Positions 1 to 13,040 are shown, counted from the first letter of the stretch. The stretch is DNA of 64,000 nt from Azolla caroliniana (GCA_043228905.1 JBHGNT010000012.1:11408001-11472000), one strand, 5' to 3'. Made by a program: numbers and translations. The notes: generated by a model from the sequence alone, not told the origin.

Positions 1-237
1 CAAGGTGGGAGGAGGGTGCTTTATGTAGTCACCCTCTCTCTTCATTAACTACAAGGCTCATGGAGCATGGGGAATGTGAAACCTCATAAGTTATGTGTCA
101 TAGAATATGATTCTATGACTCATACTAAATGCTAGAATACAAAGTGGTGACATAATGGTGACTCTTGACCGTTGAGGTGTCTCTTCACTCTCAAGGTGAG
201 TTCACACACTAGACCAAGTTGAGCTTGATTCTCAACA
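1..237 (-). mobile_element. LTR fragment (family C), cut by window edge
   Basis: Ends GTTGAGCTTGATTCTCAACA (minus-strand TGTTGAGAATC start); clearly similar to the solo LTR at 8643-9091. Confidence 0.8.
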
Positions 238-463
238 GAAACCGATACCGATTCCGAGAGCACACCTACTGAAGCTGATCGAGCTCTTAAAGGAGAAGGT
301 GAGGATGGGAATTCTAGAACCGTCGAACGCTCCTTATTCTAATAGGTGGTTCACGGTGCCAAAGAAGAATGGATCTTCGTGATTCATTCAAGATCTTCAA
401 CCCGTCACCAAGGTGACAATTCGGAATGCTGGAATCGGTCCGACTGTGGATGAATTTGTTGAG
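238..463 (+). pseudogene. Ty3/gypsy RT N-terminal fragment, fungal-like lineage
   Basis: Translates KPIPIPRAHLLKLIELLKEKVRMGILEPSNAPYSNRWFTVPKKNGSS*FIQDLQPVTKVTIRNAGIGPTVDEFVE; paralogous to 2955-3180. Confidence 0.8.
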
Positions 464-476
464 ACACCACAGTCGG

Positions 477-1237
477 TCTCTCATCTTCATGTTGAAAAAT
501 TGTTTGATCAAATCAGTTTTGATGATGAGGACTTTTTCTCGTACATGGCTTGTAGTTTCTCCCACAATGAGAACGTTGTCGTCTCTTTTGCCATGTTGAA
601 GTAGACATTTTCGGCTAGGTGCATTCGAATGGTGGAGCGTGCGATTTCGTTCATTAATCTCCACTCATTGGTTGACATTGAAGCAGGCTTTTCGGAGTGT
701 CGAATGGCCTCGACCTGTCTTCGAATAATCAGTATGCCCTGCATCATCTCCTTCCATAGGGCAAAGTTTCTACCATTGAATTTTTGGATCTCAACTATTG
801 TACCGGATGTTGATGCCATGATTCTTTTGAAAGTGAGATTTGCTAACCTGGTCTTTTTCCTTTCAACTTTTTCTGTTGTTTGCTGCCGCCGAGCTGCGAA
901 TCGCTCTAATACCAGTTGAAAGACACATATGCATGGAATGTATGTGAGGATCTGTCGGTTGTGCTCGGCAAACAAGACATGAGGGCTAGAAGATATAGAA
1001 AGATGCTAGATACACAGATGAAGCTTTAATGAAAGCTCTCTTTATTTCTGTTCTCTCTCTCTCTCTCTCTTGCTCGGAGACTCTGTACAAGAATGATCAA
1101 ACGATGTACGCTTTACAATGTTAGGTTATATACTAAGCCCTAACTATATGGACGAGTTCACACTAGGATACAAAGTGGAAGGAGTCGTCCTTTTATACCA
1201 ACACACAACCGCAACAACCAGGTACGGACTATCGACA
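477..1237 (-). mobile_element. Ty1/copia family A' 5' end: LTR ~917-1237, Met-i PBS 903-914, gag N-terminus
   Basis: Minus strand TGTCGATAG...TTTCA-AC-TGGTATTAGAGC; gag MASTSGTIVEIQKFNGRNFALWKE...ARSTIRMHLAENVY. Confidence 0.85.
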
Positions 1238-2194
1238 ATTTGAATGTCATGATGGATTACTAGTCTTTAAGAAACACTTGTATGTTCCGAATGGTTCTTG
1301 TTGCCTTCGAGTATTCCAAAATTGTCATGACACATATACAACTGGGCATTTTGGTAGTACTAAAACGTTGGATTTTGTACAACGATAATTTTGTTGGCCT
1401 CATATGCGACGATTTGTCGAAGACTATGTTAAGACATGTGATACATGTTGTAGAGCAAAGATGCCAAGACATCATCCATATGGTTTATTGGAACCATTAC
1501 CAATTCCAAGCAAGCCGTGGCAATCCATTTCTCTAGATTTCATCACAGATCTTCCAGTTTCAAAGGGATTTGATGTGATCTTAACAACAGTAGATCGATA
1601 TACTAAGATGGCACATTTCTTACCTTGTACCAAGGAAATCACTAGTCAAGAAACCACCAAAATTGTCATGCGTGAGGTATTTCAGCATCATGGCCTCCCA
1701 GATAATATCATCAACGACCGTGGACCTCAATTCGTCTCAAAATTCTGGAAGCATGTCTTCAAAATTCTCAAGGTCACTTGTAACCTCTCCTCCAACTATA
1801 ACCCTCAAACAGACGAACAAGCAGAACGAACAAATCAAACGCTTGAACAGTATCTCTGGTGCTTTCTAAGCTATCAACAAGATGATTGGGAAGATATTCT
1901 TGCCAAATTTGCGTATAATAACTCTATCCACTTATCGACTAGGGTTACACCATTTTATGCTTATACAGGCTATCATCCTCGGTGGTGTGTATTCGAAACT
2001 CCGGAGTTACCCACAAATCCTCGTGTAGAGGATCATTTGGAGCGGCTACGCAAGATACAAGCAGACCTATCTACTCATTTACATCAAGCTCAACACAGAA
2101 GGATTATGCAGATCGTCATCAGCTTCCCTCCAATTTTAACATTGGAGATCGGGTATGGTTATTATGACGACACATCAAGACTACTCGCCCATGC
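1238..2194 (+). mobile_element. Ty3/gypsy chromovirus (Tcn1-like) integrase fragment
   Basis: ORF 1404-2204: VKTCDTCCRAK..PWQSISLDFITDLP..VDRYTKMAHF..DRGPQF..QAERTNQTLEQYL; same family as 20786-22300. Confidence 0.9.
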
Positions 2195-3325
2195 GGAGAG
2201 GTGAGTCCAAGAGGACACCGGATGGAACGATCTGGTTGAAGAGAAAACCAGCTTCATGGAGGCCACATGCCAGAACTACAAGGTTTTGATTGAAGACAAG
2301 AGGGCCGGGAAGGCCAGAGGGGCCGAACCATCGAATTGATAGGACACCCGGAGCAGACCAAAGAAAAGTGACGGGGGTTCGACTCGTTCACAAGAGAAGA
2401 GAAAGTTCTCGAGCTTCCGGTTGAGCTTGGAGATCTGTGGAAGTTTTTAGAGGAGCGGATCCTCGATAGTAGGGTGGAACTCTTGTTAAGAGAAGTACTT
2501 GGAATCGCAAAGAAAGAGTTCCACGAATCGATCATTGACCTCGTGAAGAGGAAGCGGCTCTCGATGGAGCCGGAGCCGGAGAAGCCGATTGAGGTGAAGG
2601 CTGCCCACATTGAAGAAGTGGCGATAGGTGAGGATGATTTTACCGACATCCATTACATGAAACCACACTGGGTGAGAGCAACCATAGAGAAGCCGGTCTG
2701 GATTGCGGATGTGAAAGAACCGGTGGTGGCTTTGATCGACCATGGATCCGAAATCAACCTGATGTCCATGGATTTCTACAAGAAGGAAAAGTGGCCGATC
2801 AACACGAAGCACGGCAAGAAGATACACGTGGCGACTCGCTTGAAAGGCACAAGAAGGCCTTTGCATTCTCGCTAGGGAAGATCAGGTGTGTCGACCCGAC
2901 AATCATGGAACCAATGATGATCTTCAGGGCACCATATGTACCATAGAATCTCAAACTAATTCCGATGCCGAGAGCTCACATCCCGAAGTTGATAGAGCTG
3001 CTCAAGGAAAAGGCGGACATGGGAATTCTCGAGCCATCGAATGCCCCATATTCGAATCGGTGGGTCACGGTGCTGAAGAAGAACGACACACTGCGCTTCA
3101 TCCAAGACCTATAATTTGTCAATAAAGTGACGATTCGGATTGCAAGGGTTGGCCCGACAATTGACGGGTTCACGGAGGCCTTCGCCGGAAGGTCAATATA
3201 CTCAATCGACGACTTATACTCCGCGTACGACCAGTTCCAGCTAACCGTGGAGAGTAGAGTTATTACGACGATGCAAACCCCTCTCGGCTTAGTTTAGATG
3301 TGTACCCTACCTCAAGGAGGTACTC
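2195..3325 (+). mobile_element. Fungal-like Ty3/gypsy fragment (gag C-term, protease, RT) with internal deletion near 2840
   Basis: Protease VALIDHGSEINLMS; RT YSNRWVTVLKKNDTLRFIQDL..FAGRSIYSIDDLYSAYDQFQL..TPLGLV*MCTLPQGGT. Confidence 0.85.
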
Positions 3326-3330
3326 TCATG

Positions 3331-5712
3331 ATATTCAGGAGTCGAGATATCGTCTTCATGGAGGACAAGACACTCGCCGACTGGGTATGGGACCCGGTCG
3401 ACAAGAAGATATTCAGGAGTCGAGATATCGTCTTCATGGAGGACAAGACACTCGCCGACTGGGAGTCGGAGAAGAAGATGAAGAGCTCCAAGTCGAACGG
3501 TGAGGATCAACTCTACGAGGAGCAGTCCCGACCGGCAAGGGACCGGTTAGCACTCGAGGATCCGGCCGAAGACGGTGAAGAAACAGAACCGGCCGAGGAA
3601 GATGAAACTGATACCGGAACCGGCCCCGATCCCGAAATGGATTCGGATGAAGAGGAAACGGAGGAGCCGGTTACCGAAGCTCCGGAACGGAGATATCCTC
3701 TAAGAGAGAGAAGGCCCCCCCGGAGATTTCCGGAACCAGAGCACGTGCTACTAACCGACGAGGGGGAGCCGGAGAGTTTTGAAGAAGCAAAGCTTGACAC
3801 CCATAGCCGCAGGTGGTTAAGTGCCATGCAGGAGGAGATGGATTCCCTGCATGAGAACCACACATATGAACTTGTGGAGTTGCCGGAAGGAAAGCGGGCA
3901 CTTCGAAACAAGTGGGTGTTCAAGCTGAAACCGGGAGATGCCGGAAACCCCCCGAGATACAAAGCCAGGATCATGGTGAAGGGGTTCCAGCAGAAAAAGG
4001 GCGTCGACTTCGACGAGATATTTGCCCCGGTAGTGAAGATGACCTCCATCCGGACGGTGCTGAGCATAGCGGCAAGCATGGACAGATGGACGTGAAGACG
4101 GCATTCCTTCACGGTGACCTCGAAGAAGAGATCTACATGCAGCAACCGGAAGGATTCGAGAAGAAAGGGAAGGAGCACCTGGTATGCCGGTTGAAGAAGA
4201 GCCTTTACGGACTGAAGCAGGCTCCCCGGAAATGGTACCGGAAGTTCGACTCTTTCATTACCGACGAAGGGTACCACAAAACGCAGTCCGATCACTGCGT
4301 GTTTGTGAAGAAGTTCGAAGGAGGAGACTTTCTAATACTCCTCCTGTACGTGGACGACATGTTGATCGTCGGACGGGACCAGGTCAAGATACGGATGCTG
4401 AAGAAAGCGCTTCACCGAACCTTCTCAATGAAGGACCTGGGTCCGGCGAGACAAATACTAGGGATGCACATCATCCGGGACCGGAGCAAGAAGCAGTTGT
4501 GGCTGTCACAGGAGAAGTACGTGACAAAGGTGCTTCACCGGTTCAACATGTCGGAAGCAAGACCGGTCGGGTCAACACTCCCGGCAAACTGCAAGCTGTC
4601 CAGCAAGCAAAGCCCCAAGACAAAGGCTGAGAAGGAGGACATGATGAAAGTACCATATGCCTCTGCCGTCGGGAGCTTGATGTACACGATGGTGTGTACC
4701 CGACCGGACATAGGATATGCAGTCGGAGTGGTGAGCCGGTACATGAGCAATCCCGGCAAAGAGCATTGGAACGCGGTCAAGTGGATACTCCGATACCTGA
4801 AGGGCACGACAAACGTGTGCCTTCGATTCGGCTCCGGTAAAGCCCGAACTCGATGGCTTTACCAATTCGGATATGTCGGCTGATGCAGATACCAGCCGGT
4901 CCACATCAGGGTATGTGATGACGTATGCAGGGGGAGCTGTTTCGTGGCAGTCGAGGCTGCAGAAAATGGTTGCGTTGTCAACCACGGAGGCGGAGTACAT
5001 GGCGGCTGTTGAAGCCGGCAAGGAAATAATATGGATGAAGGACTTCATTAGAGAGCTCGGTATCCGGCAGGAGGAGTACCGACTCTACTGCGACAGTCAG
5101 AGTGCCATCCACCTTGCGAAGAACGCGACCTATCACTCCCGGACGAAGCACATCCAGCGAAGATATCACTGGATCCGGGAAAGGATAGAAGACCAGGAGT
5201 TCGTGCTGACGAAGATCCACACGGACGAGAACGGGTCAGATATGCTGACCAAAGTGCTCACACCCGACAAGCTGGAAGCGTGCCGGAAGAGGGTCGGACT
5301 GGAAAGACATCCCATGCCGAAGTGAAGGGGGAGTTTGTTGGGATTACGGTCCCTCCGGATGGGATGGTCGGATGTCCGGGAATCGGGAATGAAGACCCGG
5401 TTCCGGAGCCGGATGATGAAGACCCGGTTCCGGATCCGGATGATGAAGACCCGGTTCCGGATCCGGATGATGAAGACCCCGGCTACGGATCCGGATGATG
5501 AAGACCCCGGCTACGGAGCCGGATGACGAATGTACCCGGAGAGAGATCCGGATGCGGGGACATATTTGTGAATATGTTTGCCAAGGGTCCTTGAGGCTAT
5601 ACTTGTAAATACCCCGAAAGTCATATGTGTATAAATATGACTTAGGGCAAATAGTTTTGTGGTTGTTGCTCATTTTTCTGTCTTCCACTTAGAGGGAGCG
5701 AAGTGAGAGCAG

Positions 5713-5757
<45 letters not shown>

Positions 5758-6020
5758 GAAGAGGTCGTTGCCTCTGTGTATTACCGCCGCCTGTGGCGAA
5801 GACAGTGAGCTCAAGGTTGTTGCCTTGTAGCTTCACCATTGTACATCTCTGTTTATAGTGATAGTTGGAGTTTGAGGACTCCCGTGGTTTTTCCCACTTA
5901 GGGTTTTCCACGTAAAATATCCTGTGTACTCTTCTCTCTATTGTCTTCGTGCATTTTGTATTTCCTGTTTTCTGTGAGTTGATCCTATTCCTCGGTTGTG
6001 GCCGAGCACTGTGTGTAACA
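3331..6020 (+). mobile_element. Tork/Tnt1-like Ty1/copia 3' half (INT C-term, RT, RNase H, PPT, 3' LTR 5336-6020)
   Basis: YKARIMVKGFQQKKGVDFDEIFAPVVK, LYVDDMLI, LSTTEAEY, HSRTKHI; PPT GAAGGGGGAG then TGTTGG...GTAACA. Confidence 0.95.
5388..5530 (+). repeat. 27-bp tandem array in LTR U3 (about 5 copies)
   Basis: CCGGATGATGAAGACCCGGTTCCGGAT-type unit repeated. Confidence 0.9.
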
Positions 6021-6624
6021 AATTGGGAGTAATTACGAAGAGATTTTCGCAAAAACCCGACAAAACCAAGGAATGATCGAACTTCTCGTATATTCCGAAG
6101 AGTGGGCCAAAGCTTGATTTTCTCGATGCGAGAAGGATCAATTTCAACTCCTTGTTCGGTTATGAGATGTCCAAGATAAGTAATTGATTTCTTGAAAAAC
6201 TCACATTTTGAGATCTTCGCATAAAACTGTTTGTCACGCAATGTTTCTAAAACAAAGCGGACATGTTTCGCATGTTCTTGTAATGTACGGCTATAAACTA
6301 AAATATCATCCAAGAAAATAACGACAAATTTTCTAAGTTGTTCTCGGAAAATGTCATTCATTTCTTGTTGAAATGTAGCCGGAGCATTGGTCAAACCAAA
6401 AGGCATAACCAAAAACTCATAATGGCCATAGCGCGTACGAAATGCCGTTTTAGGAACATCCTCCTCACTTATACGAATTTGATGGTAGCCAGTACAGAGA
6501 TCAAGTTTCGTAAAATACCGAGCTCCTTGGAGACGGTCAATTAGATCGTTAGCCCGGGGCAATGGATACGAATTCTTGATCGTCACTTTATTCAAGCGTC
6601 GGTAATTAATACACATACGCCAAT
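6021..6624 (-). mobile_element. Ty3/gypsy (Tekay/Reina-like) RT fragment
   Basis: [56 protein letters not shown]; same family as 36152-36660. Confidence 0.9.
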
Positions 6625-9600
6625 GGATAGATTGTCGACCAAGGGATGCAGTCTAGTTCACACATCTCGAGTGTTTCATCGAAGAAGAGGGCAAAGTCAT
6701 CGCGCAAGGGCGCCGAGATGGGAGGATGTTTATCCTCGAAATGAATGATGTCGGCACCGCTATGTTCACGAAAGGGAAAAAGGTCGAGTCGGGCATCGAC
6801 CTATGGCATAAGCAGATTGGCCACATTAACTTCCAGAAGCTTCACGAGCTATAGTTGAAACACGTGGTTTTCAGACTGCCAAAGTTTAGTGGTCAGAAAG
6901 GCCAAAATTGTGAAGTGTGCTAGCTCGAGAAGCAACATAGGCTTCCATTCCCTAATGAATCGAATCGGAGCCGGAATCGGCTTGATCTTATCCACTCGGA
7001 TGTGTGGGGACTGGCATAGAACGTGGGCATCAGCGGGAGTCGGTATTTCGTCTCCTTCATCCACGATTTCACCCAACACACTTGTATCTATCTAATCGAG
7101 AAGAAAAACAAAGTCTTCTCGTGCTTCTAGTATTTGAAGAACCTTGTCGAGCGCGAGTCTGAGATTGGATGGTGGATAGGAATACTTTTCCGGCCAATTC
7201 ACGAGTTATCCATAGACGAAGGGAGTCCGATGGGAATTCTCCTACAAAAACATGCCGGAGCAGAACGACGTGGTCGAGCGTCGAAACAGGACATTGGTAG
7301 AAGCGGCCAGGGCAATGCTCGAGGAGAAGGATATGCCGAAATTTTATTGGGCCGAAGCAATCCAAACGGCTGTCTACATACAAAATCAGATATCTGCCTC
7401 AGGGACAAAGTGTCACTGCATGAAATGTATTTCGAGCGGAAGCCGAATTAGGCACACCTTCGGGTGTTCGGTAGCATTGCATATGTACATGTACCGAAGG
7501 AAAAACGGAGGAAGTTAGACGCAAAAGCCGAAAAGTGCATTCTCATCGCCCACTTGGATGAACAGAAGGGTTATAAGTGCTATAACCCCCAATCAAAAGC
7601 GGTTCGAGTTAGTCGAGATGTCGTTTTTGATGAATCGGCATCTTGGTACTTCTCTCCACCCGAACCCGAGCCGATTGTTGTGGATGCTCTGGAGGAATCG
7701 GGCACAGAGAGAAGCGTCACAGAATCAGAAAAGCCGAATAGTCCGACTTCTTTCCGGATGAGTGAACCAACTCAGAGCTGGTTGAGCCGGAGTGGTCAAC
7801 CGGATGATGACCCGACAAGTAGTGGAGACTCAGTCGTGCTTTCCCTGCGCAAGGAACCTAGGCAACACTTCATGCGCAAAGAAAAGGGGAAGAAGAAGCT
7901 GCCGGAGTATGACACCGGCTGAGCTGAGTCCGATCGGAGCGAATCCGACTCCGACAGAACCAAAAAGGAACCTCCAAGGAAGAGGTCGAAATTGGTCGAA
8001 ATGGCCACCAAAATCGGCGAATCAGGAATTGTGCCGATCCACCCACCAGAAAAACCCCGTGAAGAGGTACGAGTACAATGAGTATATGGTGCATCATTAT
8101 GCGTACATGGTCAAGGTGGCAGCCGTGCATGATCCGGAGAGCTACGCCAAAGCGGCTAGGGATTCCAATTGGCTGAAGGCCATGGAGGAAGAGATGCACA
8201 CGCTCATGGAGAATGAGACGTGGGACTTAGTCGATGTACCGATAGGAGTGAAGCCAATAGGTTGTCGGTGGATCCGTCAACCGGTACAAGGCCCAGTTAG
8301 TGGTGAAAGGCCACACGTAGCAACACAGAATCGATTATGACGAGACTTTCATGTCGGTCGCAATGATGACGACCGTCCATGTCTTGCTTATGGTGGCAGT
8401 GGCGAAGGGGTGGCATCTACATCAAATGGATGTGAAAAATGCGTTCCTACGAGGTGCTTTTGATGAACAAGTATACATGGTTCAACCCCCTGGATTTCAG
8501 TCCGGAATGGACACGTCCACCATTTGCCGACTGAAGAACTCCCTTTACGGACTAAAGCAAGCCCTGCGTGCCTGGAATGCGAAGATCACGCAGTGACTGC
8601 ATCGGATTGGGTTTGCCACGTCAAAGTCGGATTCTTCACTCTTGTAAAGAATCGGGTATGATTCTTGTGCAACGGAATAGGTTAGAGATGTGTGTTATGT
8701 GTGGGAGAAAAGAGAGAAGAGAAGAGAAACGCAAGATAGATAAGCTAGAGAAATGAAATACTCAAGAAGACGAAGATGTATATTCACAAGTAAAATAACA
8801 AATACAAAATGTAGCATTACAAGGAGTCACAACCGACTTAGTATGAAGTATGAGGAGGGTGCTTTATATAGAGTCACCCTCTCTCTTCATTAACTAACTA
8901 TAACAACCACTCTCTCTCTTGGGGAACGTGAAGACTCATAGTCATGGGGAATATGTAACTCATTAGTTATGTGTCATAGAATATGATTCTATGACACATA
9001 GTTGATGTGTAGAGAGTAGTGGTGTGACTCTTGACTTTTGAGTAATCATAGATTCTCAAGAGCTTGATTATGTTGAGCTTGATTCTCAACAACTCTTCAT
9101 CTAGCAAGGTCGAAACGGGCCGGTTCATAATTTACTTTATGTTAATGATTTAGTCATCGTCACCGCAAACCTGGACGAAATCGACTGCGTCAAGTTTGAA
9201 CTCGCCGCATCGTTTGACATTAAGGATCTTGGGAACCTTCATTACTTCCTCGAGATCGAAATGACTGCACCCCGGAAGGCATACTGATTAGTCAACGCCA
9301 CTATGTGTTGAGTATGCTCTTCAAATTCGGTATGAAGGAATGCAAATCCGTCTCGACTCCTCTGGACCGAATTGTGAAGCTTCGCCCCGACTCCGGAACA
9401 ACATGTGACCCAAAAAGGTTCCGACAAATAGTCGGAAGCCTCATATCTCTGACCATCACCCGAGCGGACCTCAGTTATCCGGTAGACTGATTAGTCATTT
9501 TATGGCGCATCCAACCCCGGAGCACCTTCAGTCCGTGCACCGAATATTGAGGTATGTCAGCGACACTAAGGACAGGGGGTTGTTGTATCGGATTGGTGTA

Positions 9601-11316
9601 GCCGGATAGCGTGTCGGCTACACGAATGTGGATTGGGCCAAAAAATTTCGACAACCGTAGGTCTACATCCGGATATGCGTTTTCACTTGGAAGCGCCACG
9701 GTCGCCTGGAGCAGTAAAAAGCAGCTGATAGTAGCACTGTCGAGCACAAAGGCTAAGTACCGAGGAGTAGCTATCCCAATGTGTGAAGCCATATGGCTCA
9801 AGTGGCTCCTAAAGGATTTGCCAATGGAGGTGTTTGATTTGACAACGATCTATTGCGACAACCGTAACAGCATCGAGTTGGCAAAGAACCCCGTCTTTCA
9901 CCCCGGGACAAAGCACATTGAGGTGCACTATCATTTTGTCCGAGAGTGCGTTCTCTCTGATGAAGTGGAACTACTACATGTTCTGATTTGCCAATGGAGG
10001 TGTCTGATCTAACAACGATCTATTGCGACAACCGCAACAACATCTAGTTCGCAAAGAATCCCGTCTTTCACCCCGGGACTAAGCACATTGAGGTGCACTA
10101 TCATTTTGTCCGAGAGCGCGTTCTCTCTGATGAAGTGGAACTGCTACATGTTCTGATGGATTTCGACATAGACATGTTCCGAACACCAAACCCCTCGGCT
10201 TAGACAAGTTGTGGCAATTTTCTGATGCACTGGGTGTGTAGTACCTCGATATGCTGAACATGAGGGGAGGAATGAAAGAAGGAATGAGAAAGACGACCGA
10301 AAGCCGAGTCGGAAACAAATTCGACTTCGGCCCAACTGAAGAAGTCGGAGTGCACGGGATGGACGAGAAAGTTGAGACCGGACATAGGGGGAGCCACCGG
10401 AATGGAGAGCTCAAGCCAGAGCTAACCGAAAAAAGGGGAGGCAAAGCCGGAAAGGCCGAGACATAGACATGGGTCGATGTTGTGAAAGGTCCAAAGATCA
10501 GAGGCGAGTTGGAAACTGCCAACTCTGACAACGAATCGGAGACAACCGATTTGGTTGAGAGTCAAAGTGAATCAGAAGCACCTGATTCAATCGAAATGAT
10601 CGATTTGGAGGAGCTGAATCTACAATGGGCCAACGGACAAAAAGGCAGTTGAAGCCGATGCCGAGACGGAGGAGCGAACAGGTCAAAGGGCACTAGCACC
10701 GCGACAACAAGGGAGCTGATTAGGGCCGAAGGAGCAGACAAGCCGACGGAGAAGGTCGAGGAGCGCGGAACCGAACGAGTCGAGGAAAGCAGGACCGGAC
10801 TGGACGAGGAGCTTGAGCCAAGCGGGAGGACGCCTGGTGGAGCAGGGGGAAAGAACCGACAAACACAAACATTGACACTACGATCCGACCTCAAGTTGAG
10901 CTTGAGGGGGACTGTTGAGCGGACAAGCTCAACCAGATCTGGATCGGTTGAACAAGCTAGAGCCGGATCGGAGTTTGGATGGTATCTAGAACCAGGAGCC
11001 AGATTGGATTGTAACCGGTAGAATGTTATGTTAGAGGCCTACGAATCTAGCCTAGTACGTAGGCATATTTTTAGGAGTCAGTGCCAGTCGCTCGTATGAG
11101 CATTGAAATATTTGTCAGTCCTTTCATGGACTTGTATAAAACTGCTCACTGAGCACATTGTATGTACAGAGTGTTATAAGTTTGAATTGAACTTTTTCTG
11201 CTATGCTCTCTCTGTCTCTCTCGTGTATTCAAGATTTCCATTAAACCTCCATTCTTTGTTCTATTGTTATCCAGACTAGTCGGTCTTGTCTTAGTTTCTG
11301 CACATTATCTTTTACA
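6625..11316 (+). mobile_element. Ty1/copia family B, 5'-truncated (INT, RT, RNase H, 3' extension, PPT, 3' LTR 10913-11316)
   Basis: HSDVWG, PEQNDVVERRNRTL, QMDVKNAFL, RRSTSGY, TKHIEVHYHF; TTGAGGGGG-AC-TGTTGAGC...TTTACA; many stops. Confidence 0.9.
8643..9091 (-). mobile_element. Solo LTR (family C) inserted in copia B RT
   Basis: TG..CA termini; 5-bp TSD ACTCT at 8638-8642 and 9092-9096; RT resumes after it. Confidence 0.95.
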
Positions 11317-11752
11317 TAACCCTTGTGCTCTGATACCGTGAAAAGAGTTACGTGTGGAAGTTCTTAGACAAACCGACTTCACCGGATATGAATGGAAGCT
11401 TCAGGGAACACAGTGATTATACAAGGGAGACAGAGAGAGTAGAACAACATAAACTCAAATTTAAGAATTACTCCGTACATACAATTTGCTTAGTGAGCAC
11501 TTTTATACAAGTCCTTTAAAAGGACTAACAGAAGTACTAACATGTATTTCAATGCTCGTACCGAGCTACTGACACTAACACCTTAAAATATGCCTACATA
11601 CTAGGCTAGGATTGTAGGCCTCTAACGGCCTACCAGTTACATTAAGATCTGGACACCAATTTGTCTCTTCATTCTAGACACCAATCTGGACACCGATCCG
11701 GCTCTTGGGTTATGCACCTCATCGAGATCATGTTGAGTTTGCTCGCTCAACA
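11317..11752 (-). mobile_element. Copia family B 5' LTR (11339-11752) with PBS remnant
   Basis: Minus strand TGTTGAGCGAGC...TTTTCA followed by CGGTATCAGAGC. Confidence 0.85.
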
Positions 11753-13040
11753 TTCGTCTAGAGTCAATTTCGGGGAGCTATTTGTGAACGTTGTGTAGAA
11801 TAATTCCTACCTTGCTGGCAAACTCGAGAGAAGTGCAAGGGCTTTTATTTCTTCTTAGACGTTTAACCCTTGAAAGGAGAGTTCGCCTAACACCGGGCTA
11901 AAGGTGTTAACATAGCAAGTTCCCGACTCGGATTCTTTCATCTTCATATTGAATAATTGTTGTATCAATATGAGTTTTGATGAGGACAATTTCTTCTCAT
12001 ATGTGGCCTGCAACTCCCACAGGGAAAATTTCAATGTCTCTTTCAGCGTACTGAAGTAGATGTTTTCGGCCAAATGCATTCAGATGATTGATCTGGCTAT
12101 TTTGTCCAGAGATTATCACTCCTCTCTGATCATTGAAGCTGGCTTGATGTTGTGCTATATTGCTTCAACTTGTCGCCGAATGATTAACACATCTGCATCT
12201 CCTTCCATAGGGCAAAGTTTTTGCCATCAAATTTCCGGATTTCAATGCCTGTGCCAGATGTAGATGCCATCTTTTGTACAAAGTGAGATTTTTGGCCTGG
12301 TCCTTTCCTTCAGTCGACTCTTCTTCTCTTTGTGTTGATGTTGTTGTTGTTAGACCCTTCAAGCTCTGATACTAGTTGAAGTAGAAGGCTATGGTGTCCT
12401 CTTAGTTGGCTTGTAGTCAGGGAAGCAATTAGGATCTTATAATGAGATCAGACAATGAAACAACAATAAGCAACAAGAGTGTAAAGAATTACGTGCGGAC
12501 TTGAAGACCTAACCGACTTCATCGGATGTTAACAGAAAATATACACAGGTTTAACGGGAGCGTCAAAACACACAGAGAATGCATAGGAAAGACAGAGAGA
12601 GTAGAACAACATGAGCTCAATTTCAAAAGATCACTTTGTGCATACACTGTGCTCAGTGAGCACTTTTATACAAGTCCATAAAAGGACTTAAAGAAGTACT
12701 TTCATGTACTTCAATGATCATACGACCGACTGACACTAACTCCAAGAAATATGCCTACATACTAAGCTAAAATCGTAGACCTCTAATGGCCTAACATCTG
12801 ATACGGTTCTCCGATTCGGCTCCTGGTTCCGGATACCTATCCGGTTCTCCATTCTAGATACCAATTCGGATCCGGTTGCGCTTGTGTGCTTAACAAAGAA
12901 TATTTCTGCACTGATCGCTTGTAGATTACAGAGAAGAGTGAACAGGGTGGGAGAGAGAGACATAGTTTTGCTCAAGAGACTCAACTTTTCATTTACCCAC
13001 TGATCTACTTTACAATGTTCAGTTACCTACTTTTATACCA
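11753..13040 (-). mobile_element. Copia family A' 5' end (gag, PBS 12363-12374, LTR interrupted by a solo B LTR)
   Basis: MASTSGTGIEI..MHLAENIYFSTLKET..FNMKMKE; TAGTATCAGAGC. Confidence 0.8.
12480..12895 (-). mobile_element. Solo LTR, copia family B
   Basis: TG..CA ends; flanks AAGAG / AAGAA (4 of 5 TSD match); similar to LTR 30200-30613. Confidence 0.85.

Noticed and set aside
3513-4295. Long antisense ORFs over copia pol (also 18327-18842, 60057-60699)
   Set aside because: Shadow frames of GC-rich pol codons; no independent motifs
5388-5530. Regular repeats resembling a CRISPR array
   Set aside because: No unique spacers, inside an LTR, eukaryotic context, no cas genes
5642-6616. 324-aa ORF as a novel RT fusion
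   Set aside because: Gypsy RT reading by chance into the antisense strand of an inserted LTR at 6020
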